Assembly: GCA_963662585.1 (NCBI GenBank) | Contig: OY759729.1 | Span: forward strand, 832,001-896,000 | Direction: 5' to 3' | Source: Candidatus Cloacimonadales bacterium | GTDB lineage: Bacteria > Cloacimonadota > Cloacimonadia > Cloacimonadales > JAFGVF01 | Length of the DNA stretch: 64,000 nucleotides | Program-made: the position numbers and the translations under genes | The notes under the pieces: generated by a model | The model's input: the letters and a program-made list of their open reading frames with translations, nothing else | What the model was told of the DNA's origin: nothing | Databases searched by the model: none | Shown here: one piece after another, positions 28,544 to 38,742 of the stretch | Layout of the letters: every line of letters begins with the position of its first letter | How positions within the stretch are numbered: the first letter of the stretch is position 1

Positions 28544-31500
28544 ATGAGAAAATTAATTATTTTGATTTTGTTATTTACATTAGCAAGAACAACTGTTTTA
28601 GCTTATTATTTTGCCAATGGTTTAGGTACAATAGATGATCCTTATCAAATAGACGATTTAGCTGATTTAATTATTCTCAGTTCAGATTCCTCATTATGGA
28701 ATAAGTGTTTTGAACAGACTGCTGATATTGATGCTTCATCTACTTTAAACTTAAATAATAATGCAGGATTTAGTCCGATAGGCATTAACATTAGCAACTC
28801 ATTCACGGGTTCTTATAATGGCAATGAATTCACAATCTCAAATTTATATATTTATAGGCCTTACACAGATTATATTGGATTATTTGGTAGAACAGAAGGT
28901 GCTAATATTTCAAACATAGCTTTAGTAGAAGCTAACATAACTGGACAAATGAGAGTTGGAGCTTTAGCTGGCCATATTAATAATTCTACAATAATCAACA
29001 ATTGTTACGCAATAGGAATTATTCATGGTCGTGGAATTGATTATGCGGGAGGGTTAATAGGTAGCTCTGTTGACTCAGCAATAATTAACAGCCATGCAAG
29101 TGGGTCTGTGCTTGGAAACAATCATGTTGGTGGCTTGGTAGGATATTCTTCAGGTCCTATCAACAACTGTTATTCATCTGGAAACGCGACTGGCTCTGTT
29201 AAAGTAGGGGGATTGATAGGTATCTCTTATCAATCAACCATTAACAACTGTTATGCCACAGGTAATGCTCATGGAAGTTCTTCAGTGGGAGGTTTAGCAG
29301 GTAATCTTTATGGGGCTTCCAGTAGTAACTGTTATTCTACTGGCTTCATCCAGGGAAATTCAAATTATATTGGTGGATTAGTAGGTGAAGGTTTTTCAGG
29401 AAGTGTTTCAAACTCTTTCTGGAATGTCCAAAGCTCTGGTCAAACTACAAGTCAGGGTGGAACAGGAAAAACTAGTCTTGAAATGAAAAATATTGCTACT
29501 TATCTAAATGCTGGATGGGATTTAAGCTCTATTTGGTTGGTAAATTCACATATTAATTCAGGTTATCCCTTTCTGATAAATAATATTTACTCAAAGCTTT
29601 CAATTCCTAATCATGCCAGTAATGTCTCAGTAACACCTACCATCAGCTTAAAGATTATTGAAGAATTTGGAGATTTTGAACTCTATTGTGATGATAACCC
29701 TAATCCTGAAATTACTTTAATCCCCTTTAGTACTTTAAATAATCCTATTTCCTATACTTTTACAGAGCCATTAGATTATTATACAGATTACTATTGGTCA
29801 GTCCTTCTCTATGATGCAGATTACCAAATAACTACTCTTAACTTTACCTTTAAGACTCGTCCTCCTTTTCCTGGTTTAGGCACAGAAACGACTCCCTATC
29901 AAATAGCGACTATTGAAGACCTAAAGTTCTTAAGTAATCACGAAATGCTATGGGATAAACATTTTATTCAGATTGCTGATATTGATGCTTCATCTTCCTA
30001 TGAAGAATCATGCTTCAATCCTTTAGGAAACTCCACTAACAATTTCACAGGTTCTTATAATGGTAATGGATATTTAATCTCAAACTTATATATTAACAGA
30101 CCTATCACAGATTGTGTAGGTATCTTTGGTTATATCGATGGAGCGACTATTTCAAATGTAAGTTTAATCAATAGTGAGGTTATTGGGCTTGACCATGTAG
30201 GGAGTTTAGTAGGTTACGCTGTTAATTCCTCATCCATCAGTAACTGTTATGCTTCCGGAGAAATTACTTCTTCAGGAAACTACGCAGGTGGCTTAGTAGG
30301 CTATGCCAATTCTTCCACTATTTCTAATACTTATACAAGAAGTTTAATTAACGGAACAGGTCTTCATTTTGGTGGCTTAGTAGGCTATACCCAAAACACG
30401 CAGGTGCAAGACTCTTTTTGGGATATTGAGACAACAGGACTATCAGTAAGTTCAGGTGGAACAGGAAAGATAAGTCAAGCTATGACAAATCTCTACACTT
30501 ATATGAATTCAGATTGGGACTTTGTTATGGAAGATGAAAACGGTACACAAAATATTTGGAATATCCATCCCACAATTAATAATGGCTATCCTTTTCTAAT
30601 TCCTCAGAAGCAGATTATTACTCCATTACTACCTAAAACTGCTCTCTACACTTACCCTAATAATGAAGGAACTAATCTCGCAACTTCAGATAATCTTGTC
30701 TGGCAAAATGATTTTTTGGACTTAACTTTAGGCTACAAATTGAATCTTGGAACTGATTATCCACCTTCAAATGCAATTAATAATCAAGATTTAGGACTAT
30801 CGAGCACATATAATTATAGCCATTTAGAAGCAAACACAACTTTCTTCTGGCAAGTGATACCATATAATTCCAATGGTGATGCCATTGATTGCCCTATCTG
30901 GTCTTTCACAACTGGAACTGCAAAAGTATTAAGTATAGGACAGGGAGCAAACTCTTACCAAAAGTTTCCAATATATTATACTAAAGCAAAGAGTTACACT
31001 CAATCTATATATCTCCAATCAGAAATAAATATGAATGGTCGAAACATCGAGAATTTAGCTTTTTATCTTACTGATGATTTTATTAGCTCAGGGGCTAATC
31101 AATGGATAGTTTATCTTGGGCATACTGAAATGACTGAATTTAGTAATAATAACGACTGGTTGCTTGCTAATCAAGGTTTAACTGAAGTTGCAACTATTAC
31201 TTTCGATGATATGCTTGATACTGGGTGGCTTAATATTGAGTTAACTACTCCTTTTGTTTATAATAATATTGACAACCTAATTGTCGGTGTGATTGAGTAT
31301 AGTTCAGAAATAACTGAAAACCCTTCTTACTTCTACACTGTAGAGACTAATGTTAATCGCTCGCTTACTTATGGACATGATTCAGCCACTCTTAATCCTG
31401 ATACTTCCTATAACGGAATAGCTTCTAATTCCATCCCAAAAATGAATTTCACTTTTAGCGAAACTGAATTTACGGGTCTTGTGAAAAACTTCCAGAATCA

Positions 31501-32743
31501 GCCAATATCTAATGCTGTTATTGATATCTTAGGTCATGGTTCTTTTCCAGTCAACCAGCTGGGTGAATTTAGCATTTATAACTTAGTTCCAGGAAATTAC
31601 CAGTTATCTATCTCAGCTCCTTGGTATGAGACTCAAGTTTTGCCTTTTAAAATATTAGATAGCGAAGAAAATTATCTAGAGATTATTCTTTTTGAAGAGT
31701 TATTAGCTGCTAATAATGTTACAGCTATCCTTGCTGAAGATTTTTCTAATGTTTGTATAACTTGGAGCGAACCAGCTTGGACTATAGATAGTATTTCAAG
31801 CAAGCAAAAAAAGCAAAAATTACATCAACAAGCCAAGAGAACTCGCCTACCATCAGTTAGCTATAATCTATATCGTTACAAATCATCAGAAGCTGAAAAT
31901 CAAGAAAATTGGGTTCAAGTAGCTTTACAGCTTACGACATTAACTTATTGTGATTCTTTATTCCCTACTTTAGACCATGATAGTTATTATTGGGCAGTGA
32001 AAACAGTATATTCTAACAATAGAATGGCTGAAGCAGCAGTATCTAATGAAATACTTAAACAAGCATGTTTGGAGAGTAATATAGGTGAACAGCTTGATTT
32101 TAGCATAATTTATCTATCTAATGAAAATGATTATCGCCAAATTATACTAACTAATAGTGGTAATGGAAATTTAACAATTGATGAGATAAGTTGCAATGAA
32201 CCTGCTTTTAATCTTATTTATGATGACCTGAATCTCTGCATAGAGCCAAACGCTACTTTCTCTCTTGCAGTTGAATTTATTCCTGATAATCTTGGAATAT
32301 ATTCAGGAGAGTTAATAATTAACAATGATTCAAGTAATGAACCTAATTATACTGTTTCTTTAAACGGAACATACCAAAGCTTATTACCAGCTCCTCCTGC
32401 AAATATTCAGGTAACAATTGAAGCTGCTAATGCAAATATTACTTGGGATGCTGTAACACAGGATATTAATCATAATCCCATTACTCCAAGTCGTTATGTT
32501 ATTTATGCTAATGACCAATACCCTAATGGTGATGATGATTACTTCTTAGTCGCTACTACACAAAACTTATCCTTTATTCATAATATCGAGATCAGTGATA
32601 GTGACTTCATGTTCTACAAAATAAAAGCTCTCATTGATATTGATAATGATACTTTGAGTATAATTGAAGAAATAGCTAAGCAAAAAAGAAAGGTTAGTAA
32701 GAAAAATATTGAAAGAAAATACTTGTTTCCTCTAAGAAATTAA
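28544..32743 (+). CDS. Secreted GLUG-repeat surface protein with FN3/Ig-like domains
   Basis: Signal peptide; two modules G.GT...PYQI....DL...F.Q.ADID..F.G.YNGN with many VGGLVG/GLUG repeats; carboxypeptidase-regulatory-like and LTNSGNGNLTI (ASH-type Ig) segments. Confidence 0.8.
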   Translation: MRKLIILILLFTLARTTVLAYYFANGLGTIDDPYQIDDLADLIILSSDSSLWNKCFEQTADIDASSTLNLNNNAGFSPIGINISNSFTGSYNGNEFTISNLYIYRPYTDYIGLFGRTEGANISNIALVEANITGQMRVGALAGHINNSTIINNCYAIGIIHGRGIDYAGGLIGSSVDSAIINSHASGSVLGNNHVGGLVGYSSGPINNCYSSGNATGSVKVGGLIGISYQSTINNCYATGNAHGSSSVGGLAGNLYGASSSNCYSTGFIQGNSNYIGGLVGEGFSGSVSNSFWNVQSSGQTTSQGGTGKTSLEMKNIATYLNAGWDLSSIWLVNSHINSGYPFLINNIYSKLSIPNHASNVSVTPTISLKIIEEFGDFELYCDDNPNPEITLIPFSTLNNPISYTFTEPLDYYTDYYWSVLLYDADYQITTLNFTFKTRPPFPGLGTETTPYQIATIEDLKFLSNHEMLWDKHFIQIADIDASSSYEESCFNPLGNSTNNFTGSYNGNGYLISNLYINRPITDCVGIFGYIDGATISNVSLINSEVIGLDHVGSLVGYAVNSSSISNCYASGEITSSGNYAGGLVGYANSSTISNTYTRSLINGTGLHFGGLVGYTQNTQVQDSFWDIETTGLSVSSGGTGKISQAMTNLYTYMNSDWDFVMEDENGTQNIWNIHPTINNGYPFLIPQKQIITPLLPKTALYTYPNNEGTNLATSDNLVWQNDFLDLTLGYKLNLGTDYPPSNAINNQDLGLSSTYNYSHLEANTTFFWQVIPYNSNGDAIDCPIWSFTTGTAKVLSIGQGANSYQKFPIYYTKAKSYTQSIYLQSEINMNGRNIENLAFYLTDDFISSGANQWIVYLGHTEMTEFSNNNDWLLANQGLTEVATITFDDMLDTGWLNIELTTPFVYNNIDNLIVGVIEYSSEITENPSYFYTVETNVNRSLTYGHDSATLNPDTSYNGIASNSIPKMNFTFSETEFTGLVKNFQNQPISNAVIDILGHGSFPVNQLGEFSIYNLVPGNYQLSISAPWYETQVLPFKILDSEENYLEIILFEELLAANNVTAILAEDFSNVCITWSEPAWTIDSISSKQKKQKLHQQAKRTRLPSVSYNLYRYKSSEAENQENWVQVALQLTTLTYCDSLFPTLDHDSYYWAVKTVYSNNRMAEAAVSNEILKQACLESNIGEQLDFSIIYLSNENDYRQIILTNSGNGNLTIDEISCNEPAFNLIYDDLNLCIEPNATFSLAVEFIPDNLGIYSGELIINNDSSNEPNYTVSLNGTYQSLLPAPPANIQVTIEAANANITWDAVTQDINHNPITPSRYVIYANDQYPNGDDDYFLVATTQNLSFIHNIEISDSDFMFYKIKALIDIDNDTLSIIEEIAKQKRKVSKKNIERKYLFPLRN

Positions 32744-32806
32744 ATTAGCCGAGAGTATGAGCTAATATTTAAAAATATAGACAACTATATTTTTGGCATA
32801 TAAATA

Positions 32807-33577
32807 TTGCTTGACACTAATTTCGACTACAATTTACTTAGGAAAATAATGATAAGGATTGTTATGAATATTATAAAATATTATAGATTGTTTAAAAGCT
32901 TAATTTTTAGATTCAATCTTGGGAAATGTCTTCCTTCTGCAAAATTAGAACTCATGGCAAATATGTCCAAATTATCTGTTTGGATAAATAATAACAAAAA
33001 GATACCATTTTCAGATTTCCCCACCAATAAATTTGATTATTCCAAGAGGTACAAACTATACGAATATCTTATTTCGTCTCAGATACTAAGTAAAGAATTA
33101 GATTATTTAGAATTTGGTGTATCAAAAGGGGTCTCTTTTAAATGGTGGATGGAAAAGCTTACAGACACTTCAAATAGATTCTATGGCTTCGATACTTTTA
33201 CTGGCCTACCTGAAGACTGGGGCTTTTTCAAAAAAGGTGATATGCACAATGATGATGATATTCCAATCATTGATGATACAAGACATAAGTTTTATAAAGG
33301 ACTTTTTCAAGATACAATCTATGACTTTCTAAAAGAATATAAACCTAATAAAAGAAGAATAATCCATATGGATGCTGACATCTATAGTGCTACAATCTTT
33401 GTTTTAAATGTAATCACGCCATATCTTAAGAAAGATGATATTATTCTTTTTGATGAATTCAATGTTCCTATGCATGAGTTTAAAGCTTTTTCGGAATGGG
33501 TGCAAACTAATTACATCAAATACGAAGTTCTTGGTTCAGTTAATAATTTCTATCAAGTGGCAATGCTTTTAAAATAA
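32807..33577 (+). CDS. TylF/MycF-like O-methyltransferase
   Basis: YLEFGVSKG, YGFDTFTGLPEDW, KGLFQDT, IHMDADIYS, ILFDEF. Confidence 0.85.
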   Translation: MLDTNFDYNLLRKIMIRIVMNIIKYYRLFKSLIFRFNLGKCLPSAKLELMANMSKLSVWINNNKKIPFSDFPTNKFDYSKRYKLYEYLISSQILSKELDYLEFGVSKGVSFKWWMEKLTDTSNRFYGFDTFTGLPEDWGFFKKGDMHNDDDIPIIDDTRHKFYKGLFQDTIYDFLKEYKPNKRRIIHMDADIYSATIFVLNVITPYLKKDDIILFDEFNVPMHEFKAFSEWVQTNYIKYEVLGSVNNFYQVAMLLK

Positions 33578-33706
33578 ATATATGTTCTTATGAATAAACC
33601 ACAATGATTTAACAAACAAGCCTATATTATTTGAATAAAGTAATATAAAAAATTTACATTTTACAAAATAAAAATAAGGAAGATTTATGCCCAACTATGA
33701 AGAGAT

Positions 33707-35819
33707 ATCGAGTAGGGTGGTGCGTTAGCACCATCCCTCTCACAGAACCGTGCGTACGGACCTCGTACACGGCTCCTGATAAACCTTGTAATTATTCATA
33801 ATAATTAAATAAAACACCTGTAGGTTTTGATAATAAATCATATAGTCCTAATTGTTTAAACCATTCATTAGGCAAAGCTCTATGGATATGTTAACAACCT
33901 GAATTCTTCCAATGTGTCATAGATATTTTTGGAAAATCTCTTTTATGACCAACTCTTCTAAGTTGCTGGTGAAAGGCTTTCCAACTTTTCCACTCTCGCA
34001 TTTTCTTCATCCGTAGTCGCCTCCTTATCCAAGATATTAAAGACTGAAAGACTACTTTGCAATTTGCTACCCTAATGTAATTCGTCCACCCCCTTAGTAT
34101 CGGATTAAGTCTTTTAATCATCATTTCAACATTTAATCCGCTATTCCGTGGAGTCAGTGACCGAATTTTATCTTTGAACGCTTTTACCCTTTTATCTTCT
34201 ATTTTAACATACTTCTCATGTATCTCAAATCCAAGATATTTTACTCCATTTAATACACTCGCAATATGTGTCTTTTCTTCATTCACGATGAGATAAATAG
34301 AGTTTAGGTATTCAAACGCTGTTCGTTGATATTGTTCTGCTTTCTTCTTAGTCTTGGCAAAAAAAAAGTAATATATCATCAGCATAGCGTACTATCTCAA
34401 TTCCTCGACTCTTCATTTCTTGGTCAAAGCTATCAAGATATATGTTCATAAGGAGTGGAGAGATTACCCCTCCTTGTGGACTTCCTATCTCTGTTTCACT
34501 ATACCTTCCTTCTTGCATAACTCCAGATTTTAAGGTTTGCTCTATCAACTTTAATAATGTTCCGTCACTTATTTTCCTGTTTAATGTTTGCATTATGAAT
34601 TTATGATTTAATGTATCAAAACATTTTGATAAATCCATATCCACTACATAAGGAAGTTCATCACGTACCATTAATACTTGTGCTTTAGCTACTGCCATTT
34701 GACAACTTTTGTTTGGTCGGTAGCCACAACTTTGCGGATGAAAATCAGGTTCAAAAATCGGTTGGATGATGTTATTTATTACCTGCTGTACGATTCTATC
34801 CTTAACAGTAGGTATCCCTAATGGTCTCATCTTACCATTTGCTTTAGGTATCTCTACCCGTTTTACAGGTGATGGAATATAATTCCCACTTTTCAATTCT
34901 AAATGAATATTCTCTAAGTTCTCTTGAAGGTCTTCCCAAAATTTTGATATAGTAATATTATCTATACCAGCTGCACCTCTGTTTTTCTTTACTTTTAGAA
35001 AAGATTCATAGAGATTACCTTTTGAGTAAACTTTATCAATTAAACTATACCATTTCTTCATTTAGTTTCTCCTTTTCACAATAAACAAAATTAAGTTTAT
35101 ACTTTCAAATGACAGTTTATTCAATGAAGACCTTTGATGTTTTTAGCTCTAAGCAATCTTTATCAAAGATTTTACAGGTTTTGACTATTAGCCTATATTA
35201 ACTTCATCTACTCAGTCTCGTAAGGTCGTGATAGAAAGAAGGTACTCACCACCGTCTATCCGAGCCTTGAATCTTACGATTCTCTTCGTTTCCTACTTTT
35301 AAGAAAATACTCCTTCAACATGTTCATTCTTTGGTTTATCTTCATCCCTTCGCATGAAAAATGACATTTTGAGTCATTTTCCTCAATATTACTATGAATA
35401 TTGTCCCTTTTGTTTTATCCTCCAGTCTGTCACCAGCTTTCATTGGCAAAAGGTTTATCACTACTATGGAATCATCTGCCACATGCTAAAGCTTGATACA
35501 ACTCTTGCCTTTCAGCTTGAAGTCATAGTTACTCTTTATGAGACTGTAACAGGCTTCCCCAGTTAAGCTATCCTGCCTGAATGCAAATCCATCCGTTATA
35601 ATCCATGTAGTCGACTGACATTCGGGTGTCCTCATTTTTCGAAGAGTTACCACTACATAAACCAAAATCAGTTCACTTTCGCTATGTTCCACATTCTTCC
35701 TGCGTCTTACTTTAGACCCTGCCGTTACCAGCAACGCCCTTGGCCTCAGATTGACTTCCTGTCAGTTGGGTGTCAGGACTTCTTTCAGTCCATCGGCTCA
35801 GATAACATTCTGGGCAAAC
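33707..35819 (-). mobile_element. Group II intron (RT/maturase, no endonuclease domain)
   Basis: Domains V/VI GAGCCGTGTACGAGGTCCGTACGCACGGTTCTGTGAGAGG...CCCTACTCGAT at the 3' end; 5' end GTTTGCCC; boundaries fixed by restoration of the hflK frame. Confidence 0.9.
33792..35061 (-). pseudogene. ltrA: Intron-encoded reverse transcriptase/maturase, disrupted
   Basis: RPLGIPTVKDR, PQGGVISPLLMNIYL, RYADD. Frameshift in a 9-T run just after YADD (34359-34367) and an in-frame TAA at 33891-33893 before HIHRALPNEWFKQLGL. Confidence 0.88.
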
Positions 35820-36314
35820 TAAAATCAAATCCGAAAAGTTTGTGAAACTATCACCGAGGAAAATTACTTTAACATTGATAATAATTGCCCTTATAATCCT
35901 ATTCTTTACCGGTTTATACACTGTTAATCCTGAAGAAATGGGAGTTATTCAGCGATTTGGAAAATATGTAAAAACCACTGAACCTGGTCTTCATTTCAAA
36001 ATTCCCTTTGGAGTTGATAATCTCACCAAGGTAAGAGTAAAGCATGTTTTTAAGGAAGAATTTGGCTTTAGAACAGTTTCTCCCGGAGTTTATCTTTAAA
36101 AAAAAGATTATGAACTTCGGAAGTTTTTTTTGAATCTCTCCAAAGTATAGTGGGACATGTGATAAATGATTAAAAATTAAAGCCTTCTTTTATTATTTTT
36201 GGGAAATCAATATCTATCAATCCCGAAAGGATGTAAATTAATAGGCAGGGTTGGTTAGAAACTGTATATATGAACCCAAGATTTATCTTTGCCCAAAAGT
36301 GAAGCCCTAAATAA

Positions 36315-36878
36315 TTACTTAATATAATTTACGCAATTTTCTTTTCTTTGAGGAGCTTTTCCATCCGGGATTTTCTTATAACCTAAAGAAACAGCATAAT
36401 AAGGTTTAAAATCTTTAGGAATTTTTAGATCTTCTTTCAGGGTATCTCCATTTTCCCCACCAAAAGCAAAGGCAACTAATCCAATCCAGCAAGATCCAAT
36501 ATTTAAGCTTTCTGCTGCTAATAACATATTTTGGGTAGCTGCTGCGCAATTTGTTTCAGCTAGCATACCCTTCTGATCTCCGGAGACTAAGACTACTGTT
36601 GGGGCATTATAGAAAATATTGAAGTTAGGGTTATTAGCCATTTTCTGGAAAGTTTCATCTGGGTGTCATTTGAGAACATTTTTTGATTCTTGACTCAACT
36701 TAACAATTAGATCTCTATTTTGAATTACTGTAAAATGCCATGATTGACAATTATGAGCACTCGGCGCATAGAGTCCTGCTTCGATAATCTGTTTAACTTC
36801 AGAATCCCTTAGTTGTCTTTCGTCATAAATTCTAGTTGATCTTCTATTTAATATAGTTTCATGTACTTTTGTACTCAT
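36315..36878 (-). pseudogene. Nitroreductase with in-frame TGA
   Basis: MSTKVHETILNRRSTR...APSAHNCQSW...KNVLK*HPDETFQKMANNPNFNIFYNAP...LAAESLNIGSCWIG; the two ORFs share a frame across TGA 36666-36668. Confidence 0.8.
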
Positions 36879-37086
36879 GTTTTCTCCATTTAGATTTTTA
36901 TCAAAAAAAATAAGCACTCTTCGATAAATAACCACTTTTAATTTTATTTCTTAATGATTCTTTGCTACTTCCTACCTGCTCCTCTACTGTCATCACAGAT
37001 GAAATTCAATTAATCTTTGTGTTCAATGAGAAGGAGCAAGGAAAGTACAAAGAAAAAGAAGAGGAAAAAAAGTTGCGAATAATTTA

Positions 37087-38664
37087 CAGGCATACCCCAA
37101 AAAAAATTTGATATAATATAGTGAACTTTCAGTTTTATAGTAAGTTAGATATAAAAATTGTCTAAAAAGATTGATTTATAGGTATTACGAATAAACTTAA
37201 ACTTTTCTATTAAAATTACGAGAAAGCTTGCAAACAAGGCTAATATTAAGACACTTTTAGAAATAGTATAACTAATTGATAGATAATAAAATAAGAAAAA
37301 TAATCCTTGCAAAAAAAGTGCTCCTAAATACAATTAGATTATCTACTAAATAATTTCTAAAGGAGCACTTTAACAATGGATTTAAAAAAACAGAATATAA
37401 TAAAATTACAAGGTAAATTTTCAAAAAGAGTAAAAAAATATTCAGAAGGCTTAACTATTCCTGAGCATAAAGCCTTGAAAGATATAACGAAAGGAGTCAT
37501 TTCAAGTAGCTCGGTTATTGTTCGACAAATAGCAACAAGTTTACATGAAAAAATTAGTTTAGATAAAGTATGTGAGAGATTATATAGAAACCTAAAGAAT
37601 GAGAAAATTGGAAAAGTGGTAAGTGAAAATTTGTTAAAATACAACAGTGCAAAAGCTACCAATGACACATATTTTATAGTTGATGAATCAGATATATTGA
37701 AGCCAGAATCAAATAAGTTAGAAGGACTATCAAGAGTTAGAGATGGTTCTACTGGACAAAGAGCGAAAGGTTATCATTTACTTAATATTGCATCACTAAC
37801 AGATAAGGGTAAGAACTATTCAATACTCCCAATATGCAGTCAATTATATAGTAATATTATAGAAGAAGATACTTCTAAGAATATACTTGAAGATAGAATT
37901 ATAGATATTACTATTCACAGTAATAATAAAGGTATTTTTGTGTTTGATAGAGGTTATGATAGCCGTAAGTTAATAACTTTACTATCAAATAATGAAAACA
38001 ACTATATAATTAGAAGTACAGGTAAGAGATCTATTATTGATGGTAATACCGAAGTTAGCTTTTCATCAGTAATAAGGCGAATAAAACTAAAACATGAGCT
38101 TAAAACATCTGATAATAAAACTTTTAATTGCGGAACAAAGAGAGTGAAAATAAGAATTAATCCATATAAACTTAAGCATCCAGATATAGTTGAAGCAAAC
38201 TTAGTTGTTGTAAGGCATGGTAAAAAAGGAGGCTTGTTTTATTTTCTATGTAACTTTAATGATAGCACAATGACAGATTATGAAATAATATTAAAAGCTG
38301 TTAAAGGATACAGAAAAAGATGGAAAATCGAAGAGTTCCATAGACATATCAAGCAGGAGTTTAATTGGGAAAAAGTTCAGCTGATGTCTGATGTAGGATT
38401 GAAAAATATTAATGTTATATTAATAGTGGCAGTAGATATAGTTTATTCTACAATAAAATATCTGGAAGAACTTTTATATCAATTCCCTGAGTTCGGTAGC
38501 ACTAATTATAAGAATCATACCTATGTCTATTACAAACTGAGTAGAATCATAAAGCACATATTTAATAACACTAAATTGAATAAAATTATACCGCACAAGG
38601 GGGAATATCATGACAAGCTACAACTACGGATCAATTTCTTATAAAAATAATGGGGGTATGCCAA
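37087..38664 (+). mobile_element. IS4-like insertion sequence, copy 3 (1578 bp)
   Basis: Same element; ends CAGGCATACCCC ... GGGGGTATGCCAA. Confidence 0.93.
37376..38644 (+). CDS. DDE transposase (IS4-like)
   Basis: Same protein with about 11 substitutions relative to copy 1. Confidence 0.92.
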   Translation: MDLKKQNIIKLQGKFSKRVKKYSEGLTIPEHKALKDITKGVISSSSVIVRQIATSLHEKISLDKVCERLYRNLKNEKIGKVVSENLLKYNSAKATNDTYFIVDESDILKPESNKLEGLSRVRDGSTGQRAKGYHLLNIASLTDKGKNYSILPICSQLYSNIIEEDTSKNILEDRIIDITIHSNNKGIFVFDRGYDSRKLITLLSNNENNYIIRSTGKRSIIDGNTEVSFSSVIRRIKLKHELKTSDNKTFNCGTKRVKIRINPYKLKHPDIVEANLVVVRHGKKGGLFYFLCNFNDSTMTDYEIILKAVKGYRKRWKIEEFHRHIKQEFNWEKVQLMSDVGLKNINVILIVAVDIVYSTIKYLEELLYQFPEFGSTNYKNHTYVYYKLSRIIKHIFNNTKLNKIIPHKGEYHDKLQLRINFL

Positions 38665-38742
38665 GTATTTTCTTTTTTTATTGACAAAATTGAGGCATCC
38701 TACAAAAAGAAAAGAAAAATTGAGTTTCAAATGGAGAATCTT

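Larger units (their letters stand above)
33687..36099 (+). pseudogene. hflK: hflK fragment interrupted by an antisense group II intron and 3'-truncated
   Basis: Joining 33687-33706 to 35820 gives MPNYEEIKIKSEKFVKLSPRKITLTL...YTVNPEEMGVIQRFGKY...PGLHFKIPFGVD...EEFGFRT in frame, with RBS AAGGA. It stops after about 99 aa. Confidence 0.8.
26889..38664 (+). mobile_element. Composite transposon-like unit bounded by IS copies 2 and 3
   Basis: 13-bp GTATTTTCTTTTT at 26876-26888 and 38665-38677; inner flanks do not match each other. Confidence 0.75.

Noticed and set aside
33792..35061. Retron, DGR or defence reverse transcriptase
   Set aside because: A maturase domain and clear group II intron domains V/VI identify it as an intron-encoded protein
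35354..35921. Short ORFs of 69-82 aa
   Set aside because: They overlap the structured intron RNA (domains I-III) and are not credible proteins
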